Of a stretch of DNA of 53,140 bases, positions 38,521 through 48,340 are shown one piece after another (positions within the stretch are counted from its first letter, which is position 1; each line of letters starts with the position of its first letter). Under the pieces are notes generated by a model. It was not told the DNA's origin and searched no databases. It worked only from the letters and a program-made list of their open reading frames with translations. The DNA is from Candidatus Hadarchaeales archaeon (lineage in GTDB: Archaea; Hadarchaeota; Hadarchaeia; Hadarchaeales; JAWBSP01): contig JAWBSP010000007.1 in the NCBI GenBank assembly GCA_038842485.1, positions 1-53,140 of the forward strand, written 5' to 3'. A program made the position numbers and the translations under genes.

Positions 38521-38963
38521 TACTTCAGCACTATTTCCACGTTGGTCAGCTCTTGGTGGAAGGGGGTGGCTCTTGCAAAGGCGCGCGGTAGGTAGCCTGG
38601 TATAACTATTCCCTTCTTGGCGCAGGCGTGAACGATCCTCAATTTCTCTACCTCCATCCCCTTGTAGATGGCATTGCTCTCAGCGTTCTGGAGGAGCTTC
38701 AGGAACTCCTTGGCCGCCTTAGCTGGAAACCTCCCCGCGCCACCGCAGCCGCTTCTGTGACCCAGCTTCTTTTTGTGTTTCCGGAAGGGCACCGCAACCT
38801 CCCCTCGGATTACTCTCTCCAGAAATTGCTTGCATTCTTGAAGTCTCATCCCCTTTATGGCCCTGCAAATTTCCTCCGCGTGTTTACGGGATATCCTCAG
38901 CTCCCTCCCATACGCTGAGGCGTAGGGCTCTTCGAACTTCATTGAGTAGCGGTGGTGTGGCAT
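38520..38963 (-). CDS. rpl22: 50S ribosomal protein L22 (uL22)
   Basis: ISRKHAEEIC, GRFPAKAA, NAESNA, PRAFARA. Confidence 0.96.
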   Translation of the reverse strand: MPHHRYSMKFEEPYASAYGRELRISRKHAEEICRAIKGMRLQECKQFLERVIRGEVAVPFRKHKKKLGHRSGCGGAGRFPAKAAKEFLKLLQNAESNAIYKGMEVEKLRIVHACAKKGIVIPGYLPRAFARATPFHQELTNVEIVLK

Positions 38964-39355
38964 TACTTCAGCGGGATAAACATGGAACTCCTAGTGGCCC
39001 CAATGCCGGGTGTTCCATGAATCACCTTTTTTCTCGTCTGAGAGAACTCCCCCAGTCTGTGCCCGATCATCTCTGGAAGAATCTCAAACACCACAAACTC
39101 TTTTCCGTTATGGACAGCCATTTTGACTCCTACCATCTCGGGGAGAATAATCATGTCTCTGCAGTGAGTCTTGATTGGCTCCTTTATCTCCTTCCCGTAT
39201 TTCCTGATTTTCTCGAGGAGCTTTTTCTGCTGCGGTGTGAGTCCCCTAAGTAAGCTTCTCCGCTGTCTGGAGGGCAGGAGTTCCGCAAATTTCTCGAGGG
39301 GCATCTCCCGGAGTTCTTCCAGCGAATACCCTCGGTAGGTAAACTTTTTTGGCAT
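38963..39355 (-). CDS. rps19: 30S ribosomal protein S19 (uS19)
   Basis: [27 protein letters not shown]. Confidence 0.97.
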   Translation of the reverse strand: MPKKFTYRGYSLEELREMPLEKFAELLPSRQRRSLLRGLTPQQKKLLEKIRKYGKEIKEPIKTHCRDMIILPEMVGVKMAVHNGKEFVVFEILPEMIGHRLGEFSQTRKKVIHGTPGIGATRSSMFIPLK

Positions 39356-40071
39356 TATCCCTTCCTCGTGCCCGTTCTTCTTGCTCCGATGAGTCCAACC
39401 TTCTGTCCCGGCGGTGCGCCCTTCCTTACCAGCTTAGATCTTCCCGTGTGTTTTCTTCTTCCTCCCCCAAAGGGATGATCCACGATGTTCATAGCGACTC
39501 CCCTGACTCTCGGGTAAGGTCGGCCCGAGGCCTTCATCCGCCAGTAGCGCTTACCGGCCTTCACGAAGGGCTTTTCTTTTCTTCCTCCCCCAGCGACCAC
39601 TCCCACCACCGCCCTGCATCTAGGGTCGAAGGCACGAACCTTACCAGAAGGTAGCTGAACCACAACTTGGTTCCCCTCTTTTCCGACCACAGAGGCGGAT
39701 GTACCGCTGGCTCTCACAAATTTGCCACCGTCACCCGGTTTAGATTCGATCATGTAAACCTTCGTTCCCTCGGGTAACTCGGAGAGAGGAAGGATGTTGC
39801 CAGGGGTGACAGGGGCCGCTGGTCCCACCAGCACGCTTTGACCGACTCTCATCCCATCGCAGGCGGGGAGGTAGAACTTTGTCCCATCGCTGAGTCTCAC
39901 GTAAGCATAGGGAAGGGATAGTCCTGGGTTGTGTTGGATGTCCAGCACCTCACCCTCCAGAGTTTCCTGGGATAGAGGCGGGAGTTGGGCTTTCCCCAGC
40001 CTCCTCCAGGACTTGGCAGCGTAGGTGGGAGATCCCCTGCCTATCCTCTGTGCTCTTATACGCTTCCCCAT
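39355..40071 (-). CDS. rpl2: 50S ribosomal protein L2 (uL2)
   Basis: [25 protein letters not shown]. Confidence 0.97.
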   Translation of the reverse strand: MGKRIRAQRIGRGSPTYAAKSWRRLGKAQLPPLSQETLEGEVLDIQHNPGLSLPYAYVRLSDGTKFYLPACDGMRVGQSVLVGPAAPVTPGNILPLSELPEGTKVYMIESKPGDGGKFVRASGTSASVVGKEGNQVVVQLPSGKVRAFDPRCRAVVGVVAGGGRKEKPFVKAGKRYWRMKASGRPYPRVRGVAMNIVDHPFGGGRRKHTGRSKLVRKGAPPGQKVGLIGARRTGTRKG

Positions 40072-40331
40072 CAGATCACCCCCAGCCTAGCGGCCAGCTC
40101 GTCGGCAGAGTACTCTGGGGAGAGCCTAACATAAGCTTTTTTACCATCGTAAGTCTTTACCGTTCGCACCTCTTTAACCTTCACCCCATACAGGATTTCC
40201 ACCGCCTTCTTGATGTCCTGACGATTGGCATCAGGGGCCACCGCGAAGGCGAGAGTATTCTCGGACTCCACCAGTCTTACGACTTTTTCCGTGGCTAGGG
40301 GAAAGAGGATGACTTTTTGAGGATCCTTCAT
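40071..40331 (-). CDS. rpl23: 50S ribosomal protein L23 (uL23)
   Basis: PLATEK, ENTLAF, KKAYVRL. Confidence 0.95.
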   Translation of the reverse strand: MKDPQKVILFPLATEKVVRLVESENTLAFAVAPDANRQDIKKAVEILYGVKVKEVRTVKTYDGKKAYVRLSPEYSADELAARLGVI

Positions 40332-41098
40332 TTTAACGCCTCCAGCGCTTGGATAGCGGGCTCGGACCAGATGGTGAGCCTCCCCGGCACACCTCCCGGG
40401 GCCAACTTCTCCACATTGAGTTCTTTCACCTCCACCACCTCCACGCCCGGCAGATTTCTCGCCCCCAATCTTATTCCGCGATCCTCCGCGACCACTATCA
40501 GGGGCCCCCTAGGTTCCCTGTACCTTCTACCTCTTCTCTTCCCCTTCCCCGCTCTAATCTTGGTTCCTTTTTTAGCTCTCTCCACATCCGACCAAACTCC
40601 CAATCTCTGAAGCACGCTCTTGACCTCACTAGTTTTTTTCAAACCCTCAAACTCCCGGACCACCACCAGCGGGAGCTCGGAACTCTTGAATCGGTGCCCT
40701 CTTGCGAGCACAAGATCCTTGTTTGAGGTGGAGGCGATGGCGGACTTCAGTGCCAGGAGGTACTCCTTTTTGTTTATTTTCTCAACCACTCTCTTTTCAG
40801 GTTTGGGAGGATGTGTTCTTCTCCCCCCTACCGTGAAGGGAGCGAAGGCCCCCCTGCCGGCTGCTGGATATCTACTCCCCTTCACTCTTCTGACCCTAGC
40901 CACACCGAATCCCTTCCCCCAGGTTTCAGCCGAGGTCCTCTTCCCAGCCATGGGGTCCACTCCTTTGGGTTGGAAGGTTCTAGAGACCTCTGAAAGGAAG
41001 GCTCTCCGTATCAAGTCAGGCCGGATTTCAGTAGAGAAGACTGGTGGTAGCTGTATCTCACCAGCCAGTTTCCCGTCTAGGGAGTAAATCCCAACCAT
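40328..41098 (-). CDS. rpl4: 50S ribosomal protein L4 (uL4)
   Basis: RPDLIRRA, TSAETWGKGFGVAR, LAPGGVPGRL. Confidence 0.96.
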   Translation of the reverse strand: MVGIYSLDGKLAGEIQLPPVFSTEIRPDLIRRAFLSEVSRTFQPKGVDPMAGKRTSAETWGKGFGVARVRRVKGSRYPAAGRGAFAPFTVGGRRTHPPKPEKRVVEKINKKEYLLALKSAIASTSNKDLVLARGHRFKSSELPLVVVREFEGLKKTSEVKSVLQRLGVWSDVERAKKGTKIRAGKGKRRGRRYREPRGPLIVVAEDRGIRLGARNLPGVEVVEVKELNVEKLAPGGVPGRLTIWSEPAIQALEALK

Positions 41099-41099
41099 T

Positions 41100-42104
41100 T
41101 TATTTCCCCTGCTTGGAGGAGAGGCTCACGTAGGAGATGGTGGGAGGGGTCACCGTGGTAGTTGGGGGTCGGGCGGCCTTTCTGAGAAGAACGAACCTCT
41201 TCGAGGGTCCGGGTACCGAGCCTGAGAGTATCAGGTACTCCCCCTTCACGGGTCCGTATCGGAGGAAACCGCCCGCTGGAGTGACCTCGCCACCATTCTC
41301 TCCTATCTTCAGGATTCTCTTGTTGTACTCCGTTCTCTGGTGGTAGCCCATCTGGCCTGCTTGGGGGACCGACCACATCACTTTTGCGGGTTTCCAAGGT
41401 CCCAAGGTCCCCACCTGCCGGATTCCACCCTCAGTCTTCCTAGGGAGGATCTTTATTCCCCACCTTTTCACCGGCCCTTGGAAGCCCTTGCCTTTTGTTA
41501 TCGAAATCACGTCGATATACTCCCCCTCCTTAAAAACTTCCGAGACGTGCATTTCCTTTCCCAGCAGTTTTTTGGCGTGTTCCCAGCTCTCGGTCGCCGC
41601 CATACCCCCCATTGGAACCTCAAAAATGTCGGGTTTTTTCTTGGGCAGAGTGGTCAGCCATGGTTGAGTACAGCACAGAAGCCTTATCTCAGATACCTTC
41701 CCAGCCTGAACGAGTGCATCCGCTTCTTTGAGTTCTTTTTCTGGATCCGTCTTCTTTGGGGGGGTTAGGGCCCTCTCTAGGTGTTTGGGAAAGTTCTTGG
41801 TCCAGATTTCCTTCACCACCCGCAGCCCCCTTGTTTCCCTACTGTAGATACGCAGCCCAAAGACGAAGACTGGTGGGACCTCAACCACCGTCGCCGGGAC
41901 CACAATGCTCTGTCCCGCAGTTAGGCTGTGCTTTCTGTCGTCGACCATGGTTACGTGGGTCATGCCGCTCTTGTATCCCGCTATTCCAAGCGGACCGGGG
42001 CTCGTCGTAGCGGGCCACCCCCTCACGTGTGGGGTTGGGGAGGGGGCCCTAACTCTAGGGCTATAGGCCAGCGAGCCTCTCCTTGGATGGTGGGCTTTTG
42101 GCAT
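41100..42104 (-). CDS. rpl3: 50S ribosomal protein L3 (uL3)
   Basis: PRRGSLAYSPR, GYKSGMTH, KGKGFQGPVKRWG, GQMGYHQRTE. Confidence 0.97.
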   Translation of the reverse strand: MPKAHHPRRGSLAYSPRVRAPSPTPHVRGWPATTSPGPLGIAGYKSGMTHVTMVDDRKHSLTAGQSIVVPATVVEVPPVFVFGLRIYSRETRGLRVVKEIWTKNFPKHLERALTPPKKTDPEKELKEADALVQAGKVSEIRLLCCTQPWLTTLPKKKPDIFEVPMGGMAATESWEHAKKLLGKEMHVSEVFKEGEYIDVISITKGKGFQGPVKRWGIKILPRKTEGGIRQVGTLGPWKPAKVMWSVPQAGQMGYHQRTEYNKRILKIGENGGEVTPAGGFLRYGPVKGEYLILSGSVPGPSKRFVLLRKAARPPTTTVTPPTISYVSLSSKQGK

Positions 42105-42107
42105 CTT

Positions 42108-42920
42108 TTATCTGAGGAGGAAGTTGAAAATAGCTAAGGTGGCGGTCAGTGCCTCCTCCGTTCTCACGGTTGAGGTTCCCTGTCCCGGGATGGTGTTGAC
42201 CAGAAAATCAAAGTAGGTCGACACCCTGTCCCCGCAAATCTCATAGAGTCCAGTGTAGGGCCCCCCGAAGGCCAGTGCCATCCCCCCTCTTTTTTTGGCT
42301 TCTGTCAGGAGCTGTGCCTGGACTTCTGCTAGGGGACGGCCGTACCTAGAAGTTCCAACTTTTAGGTCCCCTCCAACCGCTTCAAGGGCGTCTTTTATGT
42401 TCGGCTTGTACTCCACCGTGTAACCCCAGTATTCTTGTGGGGAGGTGTGCTGTACCACGATTTCGTTCTTTCTCTTCAGCACCAGCTTAACCGTTACCCT
42501 CTGGCCAGCTTTGAGTTTCTCGGCAATAAAGCCCTTCTGAGGTAGGCCGAGCTCCAAGATGCTGCCATCCTTCGTCGACATAAGCACCACCGCTTCTCTT
42601 ACATCGCCCACCGCTTCCTTTTCTCCAGCCAGGGGATGGTGCGGGGTTCTCAGGGGCGGCAGGATTCCGGCATAGCGCAGCTGGGGTTCGCTTTTGAAGA
42701 GGATTTTCCTCAGGTATTGCGGGGTTTCCATGTATTCTAGAAGTCTGGTGATTACTTTTGCATCCTTCTTGGACGCTGGATGTCCATCATCGTAAACGAT
42801 AACTCTCTCCACCCTGAAAACAGCCAACGCCCTCCCCACCACCCCCGTCTTTATGGTTTTGTGGAGGAGGTTTGGACAATCCGCGAGTAGAGAGCCTGGA
42901 AGCAGGACCGAGAACTTCAT
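42108..42920 (-). CDS. SPOUT-family RNA methyltransferase (DUF171-like)
   Basis: YMETPQYLRK, GILPPLRTPHH, NTIPGQGTSTVRTEEA. Confidence 0.9.
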   Translation of the reverse strand: MKFSVLLPGSLLADCPNLLHKTIKTGVVGRALAVFRVERVIVYDDGHPASKKDAKVITRLLEYMETPQYLRKILFKSEPQLRYAGILPPLRTPHHPLAGEKEAVGDVREAVVLMSTKDGSILELGLPQKGFIAEKLKAGQRVTVKLVLKRKNEIVVQHTSPQEYWGYTVEYKPNIKDALEAVGGDLKVGTSRYGRPLAEVQAQLLTEAKKRGGMALAFGGPYTGLYEICGDRVSTYFDFLVNTIPGQGTSTVRTEEALTATLAIFNFLLR

Positions 42921-44359
42921 CCCTTCGCCACGCCCATAGGTACGAGCCTCACCACCTTCCTCGAAATTCCTGCCCTGTGGGTAACCTCCACCACCTCATC
43001 CACTGATTTGTATGCCTCAGGAGTCTCCTCGGCTATGACCGAAATGCTGGCAGCCCTCACCACTATTCCCTTTTGCTCGAGCCTCCTCTTGACCTCTTGG
43101 CCCGAAAACTGCCTCAGCGCGGCCGCCCTGCTCAGGTGTCTGCCAGACCCGTGAGCCGTGGAGCCGAAGGTTTCCTGCATGGCCAGCTCGGTTCCCACCA
43201 ACACGTAGCTCGCCCTCCCCATGTCTCCAGGGATCAGAACCGGCTGTCCAACGCTTCGGTAACAACTTGGCACATCTTGGTGATCCTTAGGAAAAGCTCT
43301 CGTGGCACCCTTCCTGTGAACCACCACCAATTTACTTTCGCCATTCACCCGGTGTTTCTCCACCTTGGCAATGTTGTGGGCGACATCGTACACCAGCTCA
43401 AGTCCCTGAGCCTCCGCATCTCTTTTTAGAACCTGCTCGAAGGATTGCCTGACCCAGTGGGTGATCATCTGCCTGTTGGCCCAGGCGTAGTTTGCAGAGC
43501 AGCACATCGCAGAGAAGAAAGCCTGACCCTCTGGGGAGGAGAAGGGGACGTTAACCAGTTCCCTGTCTGGCAGCTGGATGCCGTACTTGTGTATCGATCT
43601 TTCCATGGTTCTGAGGTAATCGGAGCAGACCTGGTGGCCCAAGCCCCTCGAACCGGTGTGGATCATCACGGTCACCTGCCCCTCATGTGTCAGCCCGAAC
43701 CTCTTCGCGATCTCGGGTTCATATATTTTCTCGACCTTCTGCACCTCCAAGAAGTGATTGCCACTCCCCAGGCTTCCAAGTTGGGGGAATCCCCTGCGCT
43801 TTGCCTCCATGCTCACCCTGCTGGGATCTGCCTCCTTCATGCAGCCCCCCTCCTCAGTTCTCTCCAGATCCCTCTCCCAGCCGAACCCATTTTCAACCGC
43901 CCACTTTGCCCCGTTCCTCAGAACCTCATCCAGCTGTGATAGGGAGAGACGGACGTGACCGGTGCTGCCCAGACCGGAGGGAACGTTTCTGAAGAGGGTT
44001 GAAATCAGTTCACCCAGAATGGGTCGTACATCCTTTTCATCCAGGTTGGTTACCAGCAGCCGCACCCCGCAGTTCTGATCATACCCGATTCCTCCTGGGC
44101 TTATCACACCAGTTTCGGCATCGGTCGCCGCAACCCCTCCTATCGGGAAGCCGTAGCCCTGATGACCGTCGGGAAGGGCTATCGAGTACTTATAGATTCC
44201 CTGGAGGGAGGTGACGTTGACCGCTTGCTCGAGGGTCAAGTCCCTACCCATCTCTTGGATCATTTTAGAGTCGGCGTAGATTCGGGCGGGAACCCTCATC
44301 CACGGCTTGTACCCTAGCGGGATTTCCCAGCGCACCTCGTCTATTTGCTTCAGCTGCAT
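42917..44359 (-). CDS. rtcB: RNA-splicing ligase RtcB
   Basis: PDGHQGYGFPIGG, DQNCGVR, GSGNHFLE, HTGSRG, HNIAK, HGSGR. Confidence 0.96.
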   Translation of the reverse strand: MQLKQIDEVRWEIPLGYKPWMRVPARIYADSKMIQEMGRDLTLEQAVNVTSLQGIYKYSIALPDGHQGYGFPIGGVAATDAETGVISPGGIGYDQNCGVRLLVTNLDEKDVRPILGELISTLFRNVPSGLGSTGHVRLSLSQLDEVLRNGAKWAVENGFGWERDLERTEEGGCMKEADPSRVSMEAKRRGFPQLGSLGSGNHFLEVQKVEKIYEPEIAKRFGLTHEGQVTVMIHTGSRGLGHQVCSDYLRTMERSIHKYGIQLPDRELVNVPFSSPEGQAFFSAMCCSANYAWANRQMITHWVRQSFEQVLKRDAEAQGLELVYDVAHNIAKVEKHRVNGESKLVVVHRKGATRAFPKDHQDVPSCYRSVGQPVLIPGDMGRASYVLVGTELAMQETFGSTAHGSGRHLSRAAALRQFSGQEVKRRLEQKGIVVRAASISVIAEETPEAYKSVDEVVEVTHRAGISRKVVRLVPMGVAKG

Positions 44360-44380
44360 TCAATTTTTCGTGCGAGACTA

Positions 44381-46264
44381 TTAGAGCAGGGTGAGGGTCC
44401 TGAACGCGATTCCGCCGACGAAAACCGCGAGGATTATCCTGAAAAGGGCAAAGGAAGTGGCCTTCTTAAATCCAACCTCCTTGACCATCGCAGCATAGGT
44501 CGAGATGCAGGGCAGATAGAGCATCGAGACCAGTCCCAGAACAATCATCTGTTGTGCGTTGAGAACTGAGGAGAAATTGGTCGTTCCGAGCACCGTGGCG
44601 AGCAGGACAAGGATGAGCTCTTTCCTGAGTATTCCCATGATCAGAAGGGCACCGGTTATGGCTGGGAGGCCTAGCCATTTCTCGGTGACGGGGCTGAGAA
44701 CCTTGCTCAGGGTGTATATGCTGCCGGTTTCGAAAAGAGTTGTCAGCACCACGTTTCCTAGGATTACTAGAGGCAAGGCGAGCTTCAGGAAATCCACGGT
44801 TCTTCCCCAAGTTTGCTTTAGCACCGTCCGGAGATGGGGGATTCTATACGGTGGCATTTCCATTATCATACCCATGGGCTCCCCAGGGAGGATTCTCGAG
44901 AGCAAACGGCCGATGAGCAGGATAATGCAGAAATCAAGGGCGTAGAGCAGGAGAGCGATCCTAATCCCCAAAAACCTCCCAACCAGACCCAGGATGATCA
45001 CAGAAGTTGCGGCGCAGGGAACCATGCTGACGATCAGTGCAGCGAGAATCTTTTCCCTTTCGGTTTCCAGAATCCTGCATCCTAGGCAGGCGGGCACATC
45101 GCAACCGAAACCCAACATGGCCGGGATGAAGGCCTTCCCATGTACCCCAACCCTGTGCATGAGGTTGTCCATGAGGAAGGCCGCGCGGGGAAGGTAGCCC
45201 GAATCCTCCAGCAGGTTCAGGAGAAAATAAAACGGCAGGATGTAGGGCAGGGCGACGGAAGCCGCGGCAAGCAGTCCTCCCAAAACGCTTCTCGGTAGCA
45301 AGGGGAGCCCTTCACTCTTGGAGGACAGCCGGTCAAAGATCACAGCGAACTTTCCCCCAATCTGGAAGACGATGTAGAACAGAGATGCGACGACTAGGGC
45401 GAGGATGAGGTAGGCGGGGACGGGGTGGGTGGTTATCCTCTCAATCTTGCGAGAAAGGGTTTCCCTTGCCGGGTGGAAGGACTGAACCTCCCTTGCGATC
45501 CGGCTGGCGAGACTGTACCTCTCTGAGGCAACAACGAGGGATGCCTGTTCTCCGTGCGCTCGCTCGAGTTCGCTTCTCATCCTTCTCACCAGCCGCATGA
45601 TTGCAGGTTGCCGCTCTGTAACCAATTTTTCGATTTCCTCGTCTCCCTCCAGCAGTTTGAGCGCGACCCATTTGGCTGGGTACTTTAGATCCGGAATTTT
45701 ATCGAGGAGCTTCTCAAGCCTTGCGCACTTGCTCTCGAGCTCTGGGCCGTATTTGGGAAAACTTGCTCTCTTGCCGCAGCTTTCAAGGGTCCGCTCCAGT
45801 AGCCGGTGGAGGCCCTCCCCCCTGATGGCCACGGTGGGAACTACCGGTACGCCAAGGAGCTCTTCCAGTTTTCTGGTGTTGATCTCTATTCCCTTCTTTT
45901 GCGCCATGTCGATCTGATTCAGGGCAACCACCACCGGTGCCTCCATCTCGAGAAGCTGCAGGGTGAAGAAGAGGTTCCTCTCGAGGGAGGAGGCATCCAC
46001 CACGTTTATCACCACGTCCGGCCTCTCGATGGCGATGTATTCGCGCGAGATCCTCTCCTCCAGCGTGAAGGCGCTGAGCGAGTAGATTCCCGGGAGATCC
46101 AGTATGTCGATGGTTCTCCCGCGAAAGTGAAGCGTTCCCTCCGCCTTCTCGACAGTCTTCCCGGGCCAGTTTCCGATGTGCTGGTGGAGACCGGTCAGCT
46201 GGCTGAAGATGACCGACTTCCCCACATTAGCGTTTCCGGCGAGGGCCACCCTCACAACGGGCAA
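44381..46264 (-). CDS. feoB: Ferrous iron transport protein B
   Basis: GNANVGKS, NWPGKTVE, DLPG, LEDSGYLPR, GFGCDVP. Confidence 0.95.
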   Translation of the reverse strand: MPVVRVALAGNANVGKSVIFSQLTGLHQHIGNWPGKTVEKAEGTLHFRGRTIDILDLPGIYSLSAFTLEERISREYIAIERPDVVINVVDASSLERNLFFTLQLLEMEAPVVVALNQIDMAQKKGIEINTRKLEELLGVPVVPTVAIRGEGLHRLLERTLESCGKRASFPKYGPELESKCARLEKLLDKIPDLKYPAKWVALKLLEGDEEIEKLVTERQPAIMRLVRRMRSELERAHGEQASLVVASERYSLASRIAREVQSFHPARETLSRKIERITTHPVPAYLILALVVASLFYIVFQIGGKFAVIFDRLSSKSEGLPLLPRSVLGGLLAAASVALPYILPFYFLLNLLEDSGYLPRAAFLMDNLMHRVGVHGKAFIPAMLGFGCDVPACLGCRILETEREKILAALIVSMVPCAATSVIILGLVGRFLGIRIALLLYALDFCIILLIGRLLSRILPGEPMGMIMEMPPYRIPHLRTVLKQTWGRTVDFLKLALPLVILGNVVLTTLFETGSIYTLSKVLSPVTEKWLGLPAITGALLIMGILRKELILVLLATVLGTTNFSSVLNAQQMIVLGLVSMLYLPCISTYAAMVKEVGFKKATSFALFRIILAVFVGGIAFRTLTLL

Positions 46265-46265
46265 C

Positions 46266-46868
46266 TCAGTCCCTCCTGAGCAAAATTTTTTCAGCCACTC
46301 CTCTCCCTAGTGCGAGTTCCGTTCCACGCACGGAAATCAGAAGGGGCCCCCTGAAAAGCGAGGATCGGAGAACTCTAACCTTTGTTCCTGGAGTCAGTCC
46401 CATGGCGGAGAGTCTCTCGCAGAGTCCTCTTCCGCCCACCAATCTCTCGACCACGCCTTCCTCCCCCTCCAACAAAGCCGTCAGTGGAAGCAATCTCTTT
46501 GGTACGTGCAGCTTCTCCCCCTCGGTTTTTCTGTGGATTGCCCTTTCGAGCTCGTCGGGCAGGTGGTGCTCCAACTCGCACGCCTGCTCGTGAACCTTGG
46601 CCTCAGGTATCCCCATCTGTCTGAGGAATCTCTCGGCCACTCGATGCTTTCTCAGAACCTTTCTCCCGATCTTCTCTCCCTTAGCCGTTAGGGAGACTTC
46701 CTGATAGGGGACATAGGAGATGTAACCCAACTTGAACAGCTTCTTCAGCATTTGCGTTACGCTGGCCGGGGCAATACCGAGAACCTTGGAGAGATTACCG
46801 GTGGTCAAGGGGCGGTTGCTCTCCTTTAAGCGGAAGATCGCTTCAAGGTACTCTTCAATCCTCTCCAT
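46266..46868 (-). CDS. DtxR/IdeR/MntR-family metal-dependent repressor with a C-terminal FeoA domain
   Basis: EEYLEAI, ASVTQMLKKL, RKHRVAERFL, ACELEH; RLSAMGLTPG FeoA domain. Confidence 0.92.
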   Translation of the reverse strand: MERIEEYLEAIFRLKESNRPLTTGNLSKVLGIAPASVTQMLKKLFKLGYISYVPYQEVSLTAKGEKIGRKVLRKHRVAERFLRQMGIPEAKVHEQACELEHHLPDELERAIHRKTEGEKLHVPKRLLPLTALLEGEEGVVERLVGGRGLCERLSAMGLTPGTKVRVLRSSLFRGPLLISVRGTELALGRGVAEKILLRRD

Positions 46869-46907
46869 TTTTTAGGTTAACCTAAAAAATTTTAGGCTAA
46901 ACTAATT
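46867..46907. promoter_or_regulatory. Tandem DtxR-type operators
   Basis: Perfect 24-bp palindrome ATTTTTTAGGTTAACCTAAAAAAT (46867-46890) and an imperfect copy TTAGGCTAAACTAA (46892-46905); centres 20 bp apart. Confidence 0.85.
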
Positions 46908-47025
46908 TTTGATGAACTCCGTTTTCCGTCGGTGTTTGTTCGCTTAACTACGTACCTACGTAGTGATGGGCAAACTCCTTTGTGTTGTAGGAGTTTAAAG
47001 ATTGAAAACGAGACGGCGAGGTGGG

Positions 47026-47235
47026 TCAAGAGGTGGAGAGAAGTCTGAGCTCTTCTAGGTTCCTCTGGTAGTCCTCCTCTTTTATTTTTCCGATGATCAG
47101 ACCGGCGTGGACGATTACGATTTCTCCTTCCCTGACCTCCTGCACAGCCACCGCTCTCTTTTCGATTCCCCCGAAGTCCACCACGACCTTTTGACCTTCT
47201 ACTTTTTTGACCCTACCCGTCACGCCCAAGCACAT
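47026..47235 (-). CDS. hypC: [NiFe]-hydrogenase maturation chaperone HypC
   Basis: MCLGVTGRV, VDFGG, VIVHAG. Confidence 0.92.
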   Translation of the reverse strand: MCLGVTGRVKKVEGQKVVVDFGGIEKRAVAVQEVREGEIVIVHAGLIIGKIKEEDYQRNLEELRLLSTS

Positions 47236-48340
47236 CCAAACCACCGAATTTTGCCCAAATGTTGCAAGGCCCCTCCGCCGAAACCATGCAAGGGCCGATG
47301 GGAGAGGCAGGGGTACAGACCCGCTGGAAGAGCTGGCAGTCCGCCGGGGTTGCCGCCCCCACTATGACCTCCCCGCACCTGCATCCGGGGTAATCGTTTT
47401 CGGGGGGAGGCAGGGGGTCAAGGCCAAAGTGCTGGAAGGCATCAAAGTCTTTGAACTTCTCCCTCAGGAGCAGACCGCTCTCCGGGATGACCCCAAGCCC
47501 TCTCCAGCAGGAATCGGCAACCTCAAAGGTCTGCGAGATCTTTTCCTGTGCGGCCAGATTGCCATCCCAGCTGACGGCTCTTTTGTATTCGATTTCCACC
47601 CCCGCCTTCCCTTCCACCCTCATCCGTACGATCCGCAGAATGGCCGCCAGCACATCCAGCGGCTCGAATCCTGCCACTACGGTTGGAAGGCCAAACTCTT
47701 GGGGAAGGAATTCCCAGGCCTTTGCACCTATAACGGTCGAAACATGTCCCGGCGCTATGATTCCGTCGAGCGGAAGCAGTCCCCTTTCTTGGTGATAGCG
47801 GATGGCGAACCTGGCCGCTGGTGGTGTCAGTTTGACCAAGCTCATCAGCTTCAGGTTCCGAGGGACCTCGCCACTGAGAAGCAACGAGGAGTAAATGGGT
47901 GCGAGGGTTTCAAACCCGATTCCGAAGAAGAGAGCCTCCCCTCCCAATTTCGAGGCATCCTCGCTCGCCTCAAGAAAACTGTAAACCAGCTTCACTCTCG
48001 CCCCACTCGCCCTGGCTTCCTCCAGGCTCCGGCATCCGTCCACGGGTTTCAGCGCCGGTAGCCGGTAGGAATCCCCATAGGTGTAAACGGTTACTCCCCC
48101 CAGAGCGAGACGGATGGCCTGTTCCACATAATAAGAGGGGGTGACGCAAACCGGGCATCCTGGTCCGGCCACCAGCTCGACGTTTGGGGGAAGCAGGGTC
48201 CGCAGGCCGAAGTGAACGGTGGTCCACTCGTGGGTCCCGCAAAAGTTCATTATCTTGAAGCGTCCGGATCCCGCTAGCGAGCGTATTCGGGAGCAAAGAT
48301 TTCGGGCTAGCTCCCGGTCCTCCCTCAGTTCTCTCAGCAT
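47213..48340 (-). CDS. hypD: [NiFe]-hydrogenase maturation protein HypD
   Basis: CGTHE, GPGCPVCVTP, GFET, PGHVS, PIGPCMVSAEGPC; ATG 48340. Confidence 0.95.
   Translation of the reverse strand: MLRELREDRELARNLCSRIRSLAGSGRFKIMNFCGTHEWTTVHFGLRTLLPPNVELVAGPGCPVCVTPSYYVEQAIRLALGGVTVYTYGDSYRLPALKPVDGCRSLEEARASGARVKLVYSFLEASEDASKLGGEALFFGIGFETLAPIYSSLLLSGEVPRNLKLMSLVKLTPPAARFAIRYHQERGLLPLDGIIAPGHVSTVIGAKAWEFLPQEFGLPTVVAGFEPLDVLAAILRIVRMRVEGKAGVEIEYKRAVSWDGNLAAQEKISQTFEVADSCWRGLGVIPESGLLLREKFKDFDAFQHFGLDPLPPPENDYPGCRCGEVIVGAATPADCQLFQRVCTPASPIGPCMVSAEGPCNIWAKFGGLDVLGRDG

Noticed and set aside
42917-44359. Intein in RtcB, a known archaeal intein host
   Set aside because: The length (480 aa) is normal and DQNCGVR is uninterrupted.
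46909-46970. C/D box sRNA or fluoride riboswitch suggested by TGATGA and GGAGTTC
   Set aside because: No properly spaced CTGA D box and no complete riboswitch consensus.
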